Shown here piece by piece: positions 39,961-50,114 of a stretch of 64,000 bases of DNA (positions within the stretch are counted from its first letter, which is position 1; each line of letters opens with the position of its first letter). A model generated the notes under the pieces. The model made no database searches and was not told where the DNA came from. It saw only the letters and a program-made list of their open reading frames with translations. The DNA is from a virus. Taxonomy: Duplodnaviria > Heunggongvirae > Uroviricota > Caudoviricetes. Made by a program: the position numbers and the translations under genes. The stretch lies in IMG/VR virus record IMGVR_UViG_2925891887_000001. The stretch is one strand, 5' to 3'.

Positions 39961-40011
39961 TTATATTGGGCGTTTGTTACGCCCAATATATGAGTTGAAG
40001 GATAGACACCA

Positions 40012-41718
40012 ATGGAATCGATAGAAGTATTTTTAAAAAATTTTTTGGACTCAGATCATCGGGTTGCTGTCATAAAAGGAAATTGGGGAGTAGGTAAAAC
40101 GCATTATTGGAATAGCTTTTATACTAAACATTCTAAAAAATTAGATTTTAATGCATATTCATATGTTTCTTTGTTTGGAATAAATTCTATTGGAGACATT
40201 AAAAAAGCTCTTTATCATTGTGCCACACCAATTAATGAAAAGAAATATAAAGAACTGATTTTATCTGAAACGGATCGAACTATGATTCGTTATAGAAATG
40301 GGTTTTGGGGATGGTTGAAATACAACTCCTTGTCAAAATTTATAATACATTTTGGAAAGAACGATTTTTTTGGGTTCAAAACTGATAATCTGCTGTCATC
40401 TCTTGAGTATAAATTTGTTAATAATTATTTGGTTTGCATTGATGATATTGAACGAAAAGGTAGTGCGCTAGAAATTAAAGAGATTATGGGGGTAATTGAT
40501 GAGTTGGCAAGAAGAAAAAATTGCAAGGTTGTTCTAATATTAAATGAAGATAACTTACATGAAGAAACTGCACAACAACAGTTTTTAGAGTATAGAGAAA
40601 AAATAATTGATGTGGAAATAAAATACGATCCCACGCCTGAGAAAAACTTAAGAAAAGTTTTTTATGAGACTGACCCTGATTTTCTTTTGTTAAAAAACCT
40701 AGCAAATGATTTAAACATCAAAAACATTAGAATATTAAATAAAATAAAATCATCTCTAGTTATATTTAGAGATGTGCTAAAGTTAGCAGAGGATAAGGTT
40801 AGAGAAAGTTTTATTAATAGATTGGTCTTATTTTCAGTGGTTTACTATTTTGGTGTTCCTAGCGTTGATTATGCTTCATTTAAGGAGTCAATCAAAAATA
40901 TACATGCATTCGACTATATGTTAGATGATAAAGATGAAAAGGAAGAAGTTAACTCTGTATATTCATTTGTTAATAGCCTTGATGTTATTTATGAACGAGC
41001 AGAAAGTGCTTTCGATGATGATATAGATTTTTACCTTAAGAACGGTTATGTTTCTTCTGAAAGCAATATTCTAAATATAATAAAAGAAAAAAATGAACAA
41101 TATAGAGATAATAGGGTTTTATGTGAGGTTTATAAAATTTGGGATGTTTTTAGAAACTCTTTTAAAGATAATGAATCAGAGTTTATTTTTCAAATTGAGC
41201 GCGTAATTAACGATAGTCTGTTGCGTATACCAATTGGACAGTTCGTAGGTTTAATAAATGTCCTAATTAAATTGGATAGAGATTGTAATAATATTATAGA
41301 GGCATATGCAGATGCTTTTGTTAATAAAGACAATGCGTATGCTACATTTAATTCTTTGCGAGTAGAGATCTTCGGAAATGAAGAATTAGGTTTCAGAATT
41401 GAAAAAAAATTGAAAGATAGAAATCCAGATGACTATAACTTAGATAAAATTATAAAAAAAATAGCTGGTGGAAGATTTAACCATAGTGATGTGAATATTC
41501 TTAACAGTTTTTCTAAAGATGATTACGTAAACTGGATATTATCCTGTGATCAGGATGCTTTGAATTTAGTAGAAGAGACTATGCTCAAGTTCAAGGGTAT
41601 GCAACACCCGACAGACGAACAGAAGAGCATCACTGATAAAGCAATAGAAGCTTTGGAGGAAGTTGCTTCAAAATCAACACTTAATAAGCTGCGTGTTAAT
41701 AAAATACTCAATCATTAA
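40012..41718 (+). CDS. KAP-family P-loop NTPase-like protein, low-GC cargo gene
   Basis: Walker A GNWGVGKT and Walker B LVCIDDIER about 120 aa later (KAP-like spacing); strongly AT-rich versus flanks; bracketed by hairpin 39962-39990 and palindrome 41728-41785. Confidence 0.55.
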   Translation: MESIEVFLKNFLDSDHRVAVIKGNWGVGKTHYWNSFYTKHSKKLDFNAYSYVSLFGINSIGDIKKALYHCATPINEKKYKELILSETDRTMIRYRNGFWGWLKYNSLSKFIIHFGKNDFFGFKTDNLLSSLEYKFVNNYLVCIDDIERKGSALEIKEIMGVIDELARRKNCKVVLILNEDNLHEETAQQQFLEYREKIIDVEIKYDPTPEKNLRKVFYETDPDFLLLKNLANDLNIKNIRILNKIKSSLVIFRDVLKLAEDKVRESFINRLVLFSVVYYFGVPSVDYASFKESIKNIHAFDYMLDDKDEKEEVNSVYSFVNSLDVIYERAESAFDDDIDFYLKNGYVSSESNILNIIKEKNEQYRDNRVLCEVYKIWDVFRNSFKDNESEFIFQIERVINDSLLRIPIGQFVGLINVLIKLDRDCNNIIEAYADAFVNKDNAYATFNSLRVEIFGNEELGFRIEKKLKDRNPDDYNLDKIIKKIAGGRFNHSDVNILNSFSKDDYVNWILSCDQDALNLVEETMLKFKGMQHPTDEQKSITDKAIEALEEVASKSTLNKLRVNKILNH

Positions 41719-41727
41719 TAGATTATG

Positions 41728-41810
41728 ACCTGCTTCCGTATGTATTTAATAAGTTACTTATTATTTGTATATACAGAAGCAGGTCTTTTAAAGACGCCCA
41801 CCAGAACAAG
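41728..41810. repeat. Near-perfect palindrome; inverted copy of element at 7055-7135
   Basis: gacctgcttccgtatgtatttaataagttacttattatttgtatatacagaagcaggtc; reverse complement matches 7078-7135 with about 2 mismatches. Confidence 0.8.
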
Positions 41811-41890
41811 TCCCTTCCGTTTCCACTTCCAAAAACTGCCACCAGTCGCTATCATCCGCTCATTGTGATAAGTAAGTAACTACCTACCAG

Positions 41891-42640
41891 GTGAGCCACA
41901 TGAGCCAAATCTTTTTCGATACCATCGACAACGACCAGTACGACTTCATGACAGAGTGGAATACCGCTGTTATGGACAAGTGGGTTGCTGAAAACATTGG
42001 TTTGTCGCGCTGCAAAGACGAGGCTGAACTGTTTGAGACGAAGTGGTTTGATTACCGCGATATGCATCCTCTCATGGCCACCTGTCTGTTTACGGAGGCA
42101 TACAAACGTCAGTACTCAAATATCATGCTGACGCACGGTCGTGAACACTTTGAAACAGCTCCGTTCACCACCGGGTTAAAACGCTTGCCTTATCAGGAGT
42201 TGTCGACTGCTAATAAAACGTCGCTATGGAAAGCACGCCAGTTTGCGGATCGCTATTGCTGCTCATACGACTACTTTATCTCCACTGTTCTTTCCGCAGC
42301 TGCACGACGTCTGTGGGACAAGCTGCCTCGCCCACAGCATTTGTGGCAGCCAGAACTGATTGAGATATTTGAAGAGAAATTAGCCAGACGCGCAACAACC
42401 CGTCTGGATGACTCTCTGGTTAGCTTTAAGCATATGGGAGACATGCAGTTCAACCCGATTCAGGAAAGCTATTTTGAGTGGATTCTGGAGCGTTTGCGCA
42501 CCATCCCTCGCAGTAAGCGCATACGCGCAATTTTCTCCGCTATCTGGCTAATGGAAATCGTTCCAGAGCGCCTTATTTCCGCCCACTTTCCAGAAGAACT
42601 GGAAGAAGCACGGCGGTTTATTGATCCCCTATCTAATTAA
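41891..42640 (+). CDS. Hypothetical protein (replication module)
   Basis: 249-aa ORF immediately upstream of DnaB-like helicase. Confidence 0.35.
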   Translation: MSHMSQIFFDTIDNDQYDFMTEWNTAVMDKWVAENIGLSRCKDEAELFETKWFDYRDMHPLMATCLFTEAYKRQYSNIMLTHGREHFETAPFTTGLKRLPYQELSTANKTSLWKARQFADRYCCSYDYFISTVLSAAARRLWDKLPRPQHLWQPELIEIFEEKLARRATTRLDDSLVSFKHMGDMQFNPIQESYFEWILERLRTIPRSKRIRAIFSAIWLMEIVPERLISAHFPEELEEARRFIDPLSN

Positions 42641-42683
42641 CTAATACTAGAAAACAATTTGTTTAAAAAACAAAGGAAAGCAC

Positions 42684-44024
42684 ATGACCGAACTTTGCCA
42701 TACAGGACGCGGGCTGTCCGAAGAGTTTGATGAAGATTTCCAGAACAGACTGACGGCATATTTTTGTCGTGATCACGAGTTTCTTACTCGTGCGGGAGAT
42801 CTGGTTGTGCCTAGCCAATTTGCCAATGCGGCCAATGCCATATTGGTTAATATGGTTTCGGGCTATTACCGTATGTACAAGAGCGCGCCCTCTTCATCTG
42901 CAATTCTGGATATGCTTAAGCGTGCGAAACGCGATAAGACTATCCGTGAGGAACTATTCGCCGATGTTGTTGTTGCGTTTAAGCGCATCCTTGCAGAAAA
43001 ATTGTCCGATACCTCGTACATGGTTGACCAGGTATCAACCTTCGCAAAAAGCGTAGCGTTTGATGATGCTCTGATTAAGGCTGCTGAACTGAAAGAGAAG
43101 GGCGACTTTCAGGGGGCGATGGCAATCATGGCCAAGGTTCAGCAGATTGGATCGAACGAAGCGACCGGAATCTATGACTACTACACCTCCGCAAGTGAGC
43201 GATTGAAAGCGCGTGAATATGAGGCTTCAGAGGAGTATGTACCAAACAGTATTACAACTGGACTCCCTCTTCTCGATAGGTTGCTGTACCAAAAAGGCTG
43301 GGCAAAGCGCGAAATGGTGCTCTTCATGGGGTTCGCTAAATCCGGTAAATCGACCGCAATGGGTGAGTTTTCCATAAACGCAACGCTTGCTGGCTACAAT
43401 GTTCTGTATCTCTCGCTGGAGGTTCACACCAACATTTTGTCCGACCGTTTTGATGCAAGATTGTCGGAGACGGAAATGTCCAAGTTGGTGGAACGGCGCG
43501 ATGAAGTTCATCGTAAGTTGGCAGAGTTGGGAGCCTCTAAGGGGATTGGTAGTTTGTGGGTTGTTGAGCGTCCGTCAGGAAGTATGTCACCGGCAGATCT
43601 GGACCGTATGCTTAACAGCATGAAAGCCAACGGCATGGTGCCTGACATGGTTGTTGTCGACTACGCAGATTTGATGCGTGCCAGTTATGACCTTCGTGAT
43701 GATCGCGCCAACATTCGTAGTATCTACACCGATTTACGTGCTCTTTATGACAAGCATAACGTTGCTGGGATCACGGCATCGCAGACAAACCGTGAAGGTG
43801 GCGCGTCAGAAGTTGCCACAATGATGCACGCTGCCGACAACATCGAAAAAGTACGTATTGCTGACCTGGTAATAACGATCAACAAAACCGAAGAAGAAGA
43901 AGCGAAAGGAGAGGCTCGTCTCTACTTTGCCGGTTCACGTAACCAGCAGGGAGGGATCAGCATTCGCGTTAAACAAAACCTCGAACAAATGCGCTTCATT
44001 GAGCGAATCTTAGACGTTACCTAA
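42684..44024 (+). CDS. DnaB-like replicative DNA helicase
   Basis: Walker A GFAKSGKST, RecA-like C-terminal domain with DYADLM and arginine finger region; 446 aa. Confidence 0.8.
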   Translation: MTELCHTGRGLSEEFDEDFQNRLTAYFCRDHEFLTRAGDLVVPSQFANAANAILVNMVSGYYRMYKSAPSSSAILDMLKRAKRDKTIREELFADVVVAFKRILAEKLSDTSYMVDQVSTFAKSVAFDDALIKAAELKEKGDFQGAMAIMAKVQQIGSNEATGIYDYYTSASERLKAREYEASEEYVPNSITTGLPLLDRLLYQKGWAKREMVLFMGFAKSGKSTAMGEFSINATLAGYNVLYLSLEVHTNILSDRFDARLSETEMSKLVERRDEVHRKLAELGASKGIGSLWVVERPSGSMSPADLDRMLNSMKANGMVPDMVVVDYADLMRASYDLRDDRANIRSIYTDLRALYDKHNVAGITASQTNREGGASEVATMMHAADNIEKVRIADLVITINKTEEEEAKGEARLYFAGSRNQQGGISIRVKQNLEQMRFIERILDVT

Positions 44025-44105
44025 AAAATAAGCGTGGAGAACACCTCCACGCTTGATTCATTGGTGAAACAACTTTTCTTTTGCCAAACCACAAAAGAAA
44101 AACAC

Positions 44106-45287
44106 ATGAGCCTTTATGTTATATCAACATTTAGGTTGGTCACAATATTGCCTGTTAAAAGTGGAATTATCGTGAGCGAGCTGAAAGAGCTAATTGCCGA
44201 ATTAGATTTTGAACAATGGTTGGATACTGAAGGTATCGTTTATCGACGTGGAGGCGTGAGTGCTCGCGGTCGTGAAGTGAATATCAAAGAGTGTCCGGTA
44301 TGCGGCAGCTCCAACTGGAAGGTATATTTCAATCTGACCAGTGGCGTCGGCAAATGCTTCGCTGGTGATCATCCCGAAGAGATTCAGTTCAATAAGCTGG
44401 TCTTCCTCAAGCACTACAGCGGTAAATCACGACGACAGTTCGAGGAATATGTGCAGAACGCTCTTCTTTCCCAGGGGTGGACACCAAAGAAAGAAGAGCT
44501 AGTGCTTGCAAGCACAGTCGAGTTAGAGGGGCCAGTTGCACTCCCTCGTCATTACGAGCTTCCTATAGATGGCCGTCTTCCAGACTATCTGGTTGAACGA
44601 AACATATCACCTGAAATGGCAAAGTATTTTGACCTACGATACTGCGTCGAAGGCAAGCACGCTTATGTAGATCCGTATACAGATCAGGTAAAAGGGCAGA
44701 TATTCGATATGCGAATACTGATACCGGTTTACGATCTGGATGGGGTAATGAAGACATTTCAGGGACGAGACATTACCGGTACAGCAGAACGCCGCTACCT
44801 CTTTCCTATGCAGCTTCCAGCTTCAGGTAAATTTCTCTACAACGGCCATAATGCAGTCGGCAAACAGACTGTAGTTGTCTGTGAGGGTTCGTTCGATGTT
44901 ATGGGGGTCAAACGAGCTATTTTCGACGAAGAAACATTACGTGATTACGTGGAGCCAATAGGAACGTTCGGGATGCATCTATCTGGCAACACCACTCAGG
45001 ATGCAGAAGATCAGTTGGGCGCGTTCCTGACGCTCAAGGCGCGTGGATTACGTAATGTGATCATGATGTGGGATAGTGAAAAGCAAGCTATACGAAACAC
45101 GATGGCCGCAGCCAGGCGACTGACCAGTATTGGTCTTAATGTCAAAGTTGCGTGTTTGGGCGAGGAAGGACTCGACCCCGGCGATGCGACACCGGGGCAG
45201 ATTATCAAAGCCTACTATTGCGCAAAACCTTATTCACGACAGCTTGAACTTTTAAGCAAGGTAAAAGGTATAGCAGCATTAGTTTGA
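44106..45287 (+). CDS. DNA primase (zinc finger + TOPRIM)
   Basis: Zn-binding-like CPVCGSS...KCFAGDH; TOPRIM motifs VVVCEGSFDVMGV and MWDSE; track ORF starts 44034 but includes a hairpin, so start is probably 44106 or 44173. Confidence 0.7.
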   Translation: MSLYVISTFRLVTILPVKSGIIVSELKELIAELDFEQWLDTEGIVYRRGGVSARGREVNIKECPVCGSSNWKVYFNLTSGVGKCFAGDHPEEIQFNKLVFLKHYSGKSRRQFEEYVQNALLSQGWTPKKEELVLASTVELEGPVALPRHYELPIDGRLPDYLVERNISPEMAKYFDLRYCVEGKHAYVDPYTDQVKGQIFDMRILIPVYDLDGVMKTFQGRDITGTAERRYLFPMQLPASGKFLYNGHNAVGKQTVVVCEGSFDVMGVKRAIFDEETLRDYVEPIGTFGMHLSGNTTQDAEDQLGAFLTLKARGLRNVIMMWDSEKQAIRNTMAAARRLTSIGLNVKVACLGEEGLDPGDATPGQIIKAYYCAKPYSRQLELLSKVKGIAALV

Positions 45288-46532
45288 ACCAGTATTAGTC
45301 ACGTAAACATTGACCGAAAATGATTTAACTTCTGTGTTGAAGTTGTCAGTCATTACCGCGAGGTAGGCATTCTTGGTATCTCTGAATTGCTTCAGGATGA
45401 TTTGAACGTTATCGGTGCAAACAAACGAGGTAGCCAGATTGCCTCCTTTCTCTGAAAAATCCTTCAAGAAGGTGCAGTCAACTTTGCCATCATTAGCGGT
45501 GAAGACGGCATCATCACCCTGCCAGGTAAATGTTGCGTTAACGCCTTTATCAATGGATTTAGCAATAAGTCGCTGAGTGTCAGATTTGGCATTTTGCTGT
45601 TTTGAAGGCGAACGGAACGTACCTTTTGCTTTCATTGCAGCAACGTTTTCGCAGCCCGTTTCGTCATCTTTATCGCAAGCAGCTTGGTAAAGCTCTGATG
45701 CTTTCCGATAATCCTGTTTGACGCCCAATCCCTTAAGATACATGTAACCAAGGTGGTTCATGGCATAATCATTTCCTAAGCTGATTGCTTGTTCTAAAAG
45801 ACTTCTGGCCTTCGAATAGTCTTTTTTTATACCTTCTCCATGCATCAACTTGTATCCAAGCGCGCTCATGGCGTTATTATTTCCTAATTCAGCTGCTTTC
45901 AAGTACCACTTAATTGCCTCTTTATTGTTGCGCTTAACAGCAACACCATCGTCGTACATAGAGCCTAGCCCATACATTCCTGCGGCATTTCCACTATCCG
46001 CAGCCTTTTTATAAGATTTAAATGCTTTCTTGTAATCTTTCGGAACTCCCTTACCGTATTGATATAAATATCCCATATAGGCAAGCGAAGGTATATCACC
46101 AGCTTCTACTGCTAGTTTGTGATATTTTAAAGCAGCTTCTGGGTCCTCCTTTCCAGTCCAACCTCGTTCGTATATAACGGCAAGATTATGGTAAGCACTG
46201 CCGTTGCGAGCATTTCCTGCTAGTTTGTAGTACTCAACGGCCTTATTTAGATCTTTATCTACTCCCTTCCCAATTGTGTACATAACCCCAAGCGCATAAT
46301 ATGCTACTTTATCTCCCTTTTCTGCGGCGAGATCGATCCACTTCTTGGCCTCTACTAAATCCTCATCAAAGCCATTAGCCCCATCCAAATAATTTGTCCC
46401 TAACGCACTTTGTGCTGTGGTATCTCCTGCGGTGGCGGCGTCGATCAGCGTTTGTTTATTATCTGCGTTAACGTATCCAGGGCCGAAAAGCAAAGCTAAT
46501 GCCAGCAACGATGAAGGTTTTATGAGTTTCAT
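45279..46532 (-). CDS. Sel1-repeat (TPR-like) secreted protein
   Basis: Signal peptide (MKLIKPSSLLALALLFGPGYVNA), then at least 8 Sel1-like repeats (A..YxLGxMYxxGxGVxxDxxxAxxWYxKAA); only minus-strand gene in this block. Confidence 0.7.
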   Translation of the reverse strand: MKLIKPSSLLALALLFGPGYVNADNKQTLIDAATAGDTTAQSALGTNYLDGANGFDEDLVEAKKWIDLAAEKGDKVAYYALGVMYTIGKGVDKDLNKAVEYYKLAGNARNGSAYHNLAVIYERGWTGKEDPEAALKYHKLAVEAGDIPSLAYMGYLYQYGKGVPKDYKKAFKSYKKAADSGNAAGMYGLGSMYDDGVAVKRNNKEAIKWYLKAAELGNNNAMSALGYKLMHGEGIKKDYSKARSLLEQAISLGNDYAMNHLGYMYLKGLGVKQDYRKASELYQAACDKDDETGCENVAAMKAKGTFRSPSKQQNAKSDTQRLIAKSIDKGVNATFTWQGDDAVFTANDGKVDCTFLKDFSEKGGNLATSFVCTDNVQIILKQFRDTKNAYLAVMTDNFNTEVKSFSVNVYVTNTGSN

Positions 46533-46759
46533 ATTTTATGTTCTGTTGATATAGGATGAACAGTTTAGACGCGGCAAGCGTCAAGTGTGCGAAAAGGGTA
46601 CTTAAATTTAGTTAATCTGTCAGCTTTGATAATTTATGAACTGTAAAGTTGATGTGATATTAATCACTGATGGAAATAATGAGCTATGGAATTATTGTGA
46701 CACGGCTCGTGTTTTGGTTAACTAATACCTACGATAAATATAAATAAAGGGAAGTCAAA

Positions 46760-47173
46760 ATGAGCAAAAAGAAGTTGATTTTAACAGGTGCTTTATTGTC
46801 GTTGTTTGCATTAGTTGGGTGTAAGCCTACAGACGAGAAGGCTATTACTCTGGGCCAACAGGCAATTGCGGATGATATGAAAGATCCCACGTCGGTGATG
46901 TTTAGGAAAGATAAGTTTGTCAGGACTGATCATGATGATGGGAGTGTGACAGGCTTTGTGTGTGGTGAATTAAACGCCAAAAATGGCTTTGGTGCATACG
47001 TGGGCTATCACTCATATGTTGTTGAACTCGAAATGAAGCCAAAGGGCATGTTTTCAAAAGGGGTGGTATACAAAATCCTATCGAAGTCGTTGGCACCTAA
47101 TGATCCTCATGATTTACAGCGTTATAAGCAGGTCTACAGAAAGATGTGCAACAGTGAGGCTGTAGCTCATTAA
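46760..47173 (+). CDS. Lipoprotein, hypothetical
   Basis: Signal peptide plus lipobox (LSLFALVGC); 137 aa. Confidence 0.5.
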   Translation: MSKKKLILTGALLSLFALVGCKPTDEKAITLGQQAIADDMKDPTSVMFRKDKFVRTDHDDGSVTGFVCGELNAKNGFGAYVGYHSYVVELEMKPKGMFSKGVVYKILSKSLAPNDPHDLQRYKQVYRKMCNSEAVAH

Positions 47174-47298
47174 AGGTGAATGCTGGGCTGAGGATATGCC
47201 CGGCATCTTAGTATAAAGAACTATTGCACCTAAAATGATAAGTAGATACATACTTAAGTTTTTGTAAGAATACTTTCATCCGTTAGCTAGGAGTTGGT

Positions 47299-48081
47299 AT
47301 GAAAGAAGAAATTAAGAGATTAGCCTGCAACATCATTGATAAAACTGGTTTAGAAATCAGCGAGAGCAATCGGCTAGACATCATTGAAAAAGCCGTCAAT
47401 ACGGCAATGGATCATATCGCCACTCGTTTGGTCGAGATCCCTCTACCGGGGCTACCTTATCTGAAGGTTAAGTTGTGCGTATGGGACGAACCTGCACATG
47501 CACGACGTTCTGCATTAGTTGTTTTTGTACGCAAAGAAAACTTACGAACTCTAAAAGTGCAGGTTGGGGCGTGGTTTGATGGCAGAGTCATCTATACAGA
47601 TACCATTATCTGTCCTCCAGGTGACGAACATATTGAAGCCGTTATTCGAGAATCAATTCGAGCTATGCGTAGTTTAGCTTTGCTGGAAGACAAGCAAAAC
47701 TTTGAAGATTACTTGCTGTCGGTAAAAGCTGAACCAACATTGTCTCTGAAAGCCGATTTCGTCACCCCGACAAATCTGTTGGAGGTTTTGATTAATAAAG
47801 GGGCTAATGATGCTGTAAACCTAATCAGGGAGAGCGAATATTCGACTCTTTGGGACATGTGCAAAAGCCAGTTGGATCTTGTGCATATCATTGTTGATGC
47901 GGGTAAGGCGTGTGATGGCGTAATGGCGGAATTTGCTGGGAAGATGGTCAGGATTGCTAACGAATTACCGATGATAGAGCAAGAGGCCAAATCATACGCC
48001 ACCAATCATGTCACAGAGCTTCTTGCCCCCTATCGCTTAGAAAGCGATCAGCGCAAGATGATTAGCTGGGGAAGTTGGTAA
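47299..48081 (+). CDS. Hypothetical protein
   Basis: 260-aa ORF from track; preceded by GATAAGTA motif. Confidence 0.35.
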   Translation: MKEEIKRLACNIIDKTGLEISESNRLDIIEKAVNTAMDHIATRLVEIPLPGLPYLKVKLCVWDEPAHARRSALVVFVRKENLRTLKVQVGAWFDGRVIYTDTIICPPGDEHIEAVIRESIRAMRSLALLEDKQNFEDYLLSVKAEPTLSLKADFVTPTNLLEVLINKGANDAVNLIRESEYSTLWDMCKSQLDLVHIIVDAGKACDGVMAEFAGKMVRIANELPMIEQEAKSYATNHVTELLAPYRLESDQRKMISWGSW

Positions 48082-48148
48082 GCTCTCTGTGTGTCGTTTT
48101 TTACGCAAATAATGATAAGTAAGCACAAGATTATTTCTGGCGGTAATT

Positions 48149-48619
48149 GTGAAAGCTGATTTGTCAAAAGTCCCTTCTATTTCAGGAAATAACGGTTATT
48201 CACTTCGTTGTGAGGAAGTAAAGATAAACGGTGAGTCGGCATATTGCAGCTACTCCGTTTGCCAGCACACCATTCTTGCCTTCAAAGAAAACCGTCTTCC
48301 TCGAACGTCTTTCCAGTCGTGCGCAACCGCTATTAAAGCAGGCAAATGCAAGGCGTTAAAAATGATGGTTGAAGAGATTCGTAAAGGAGAATCTCTGTAT
48401 TTCGAAGATATGACCGCACTCATTAAGGAGGTTGAAGAACGGAATAAACAAGCCAGAACTATAAAACGAAAACGTGACAGTGTAACGATTAATAGCATGG
48501 TTAAGAAGAGCGCCACATCACAAACAGCGATCACTGACGTGTATGCGGCGTTGATTGAAGAAACAACAAAAGAAACACATGAGCAAATCGATCAACATAT
48601 GGAGGCAAAACAACAATGA
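48149..48619 (+). CDS. Hypothetical Cys-rich protein
   Basis: 156 aa with N-terminal Cys cluster; coupled to ligase gene. Confidence 0.35.
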   Translation: MKADLSKVPSISGNNGYSLRCEEVKINGESAYCSYSVCQHTILAFKENRLPRTSFQSCATAIKAGKCKALKMMVEEIRKGESLYFEDMTALIKEVEERNKQARTIKRKRDSVTINSMVKKSATSQTAITDVYAALIEETTKETHEQIDQHMEAKQQ

Positions 48620-49938
48620 AAAAGTTGATCGCACTTAAGCATAAGCTGGACGAAATGAAAGCTATAGGAACCAATGCAAAAAAAGAGGCATTGGCCAACA
48701 TGGATGACTTTGAACAAAGCATGGTTTCATTGATGCTCAACCCTTTCATCCGTTTTGGGGTAAAGAAATACAAAGTGGCAGAGCCGCTTAGTGAGTCCAT
48801 CCCAAGTGACGTAAAAGCCATTGATGTACTGAATAAGCTGGCCTCTCGCGAGCTAACGGGGAACGCAGCAATAGCAGCTGTTGAGTCTATCGTGGCGTCA
48901 ATGTGCGCCGATGGGCAGGACGTGTTCCGTCGTTTCCTCTTAAAAGACCCGAAAGCAGGTGTTGGGATTAGCCTATGCAACAAGGTTTTTGAAAATCCCA
49001 TTCCGAAATTCGAGGTGCAGCTGGCGTCACCGTATAAAGAAAAAGGCGACAAATACCCCTTCAAGCCAAATCCTAAAGCAAAATGGCCGATGATTGGCAG
49101 TCTTAAGCTCGATGGTTTGCGAGTAATTTGCGAGGTTATTGTTGACGAGGAAGAGGTTAACTTCCTTTCTCGTACTGGTAATCCAATCACGTCTCTCGAT
49201 CACCTAAAGCCAGCAATGCTCGAATTAGGCAAACTTTCAGGCCACAAACACATCTTCTTCGATGGTGAAGGAACAGCCGGTTCATTTAACCAGTCCGTAT
49301 CTGCATTGCGCAAAAAGAACGTGCAGGCAATTGGCGCTATTTATCATGTTTTCGACTTCTTCCTACCGGAATGGCGAGCACAGGCTAAATCCAAAGAGTA
49401 TGCAAAGACAGGTATGAAGCTGAAAGAGCGCCTGGCTATTCTCGTGGCGTTGTTCAAAAACGATCGCAGTGAAGGCTACACACAAGACATTCACCTGCAT
49501 CCGTTCTATATCATCCATAGCCACGAAGACTTCATCGAACGCTTCATGAAACGCCTGGACGATAATGAAGAAGGGGAGATGGGCAAAGATCCGAACTCTG
49601 TTTACGAGTTTAAACGTACCCGCAGCTGGTGGAAGTTAAAAGACGAAGATTCAGAAGATGGTGAAATTATCGATTTTGAGCCGGGCGATCCGGACTCTGG
49701 TTTTGCCAACACGCTTGGAAAAATTGTTATTCGTCTTGAAAACGGCGTCATCGTTCGTGCGAGCGGTATTAAGCATAAATATCTGGACGAGATCTGGAAC
49801 AACAAAGAGAAGTACCGTGGTCGTATTGTTGAGGTTCATTGTCACGAGAAAACACCGGATGGCAGCTTACGCCACCCCCGACTGAAATGGCCGCGTTGCT
49901 TACGCGATACAGAAGATCGAATCGGAGATAAAGAATGA
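48616..49938 (+). CDS. ATP-dependent DNA ligase
   Basis: Motif I KLDGLR (adenylation lysine), motif III-like FFDGEG, motif V-like WWKLK; 440 aa. Confidence 0.75.
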   Translation: MKKLIALKHKLDEMKAIGTNAKKEALANMDDFEQSMVSLMLNPFIRFGVKKYKVAEPLSESIPSDVKAIDVLNKLASRELTGNAAIAAVESIVASMCADGQDVFRRFLLKDPKAGVGISLCNKVFENPIPKFEVQLASPYKEKGDKYPFKPNPKAKWPMIGSLKLDGLRVICEVIVDEEEVNFLSRTGNPITSLDHLKPAMLELGKLSGHKHIFFDGEGTAGSFNQSVSALRKKNVQAIGAIYHVFDFFLPEWRAQAKSKEYAKTGMKLKERLAILVALFKNDRSEGYTQDIHLHPFYIIHSHEDFIERFMKRLDDNEEGEMGKDPNSVYEFKRTRSWWKLKDEDSEDGEIIDFEPGDPDSGFANTLGKIVIRLENGVIVRASGIKHKYLDEIWNNKEKYRGRIVEVHCHEKTPDGSLRHPRLKWPRCLRDTEDRIGDKE

Positions 49939-50114
49939 TGCTCGGCTGGATGATTGCATTTTTAGCAGTTGGTTTTTTCATAGGTATTGTGGTGATGTCC
50001 AGTTGCATCAATGACTACATTAAAAGCGGTGTTATAGAAAGACGCGGTCGTATTTATCGCATTGTAGAAATAACCAACACCCTGAAGGAGATTAAGGATG
50101 ATCGTATTAAGTAA
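49935..50114 (+). CDS. Small membrane protein (59 aa), not in ORF track
   Basis: ATG overlaps ligase stop; one TM helix (LGWMIAFLAVGFFIGIVVM) then basic tail RRGRIYRIVEIT; paralogous to 50310-50462. Confidence 0.4.
   Translation: MMLGWMIAFLAVGFFIGIVVMSSCINDYIKSGVIERRGRIYRIVEITNTLKEIKDDRIK

Noticed and set aside
44034-44105. Annotated primase start at 44034
   Set aside because: This start would place a 10-bp-stem hairpin (44030-44054) inside the coding region; a later start (44106 or 44173) is more plausible.
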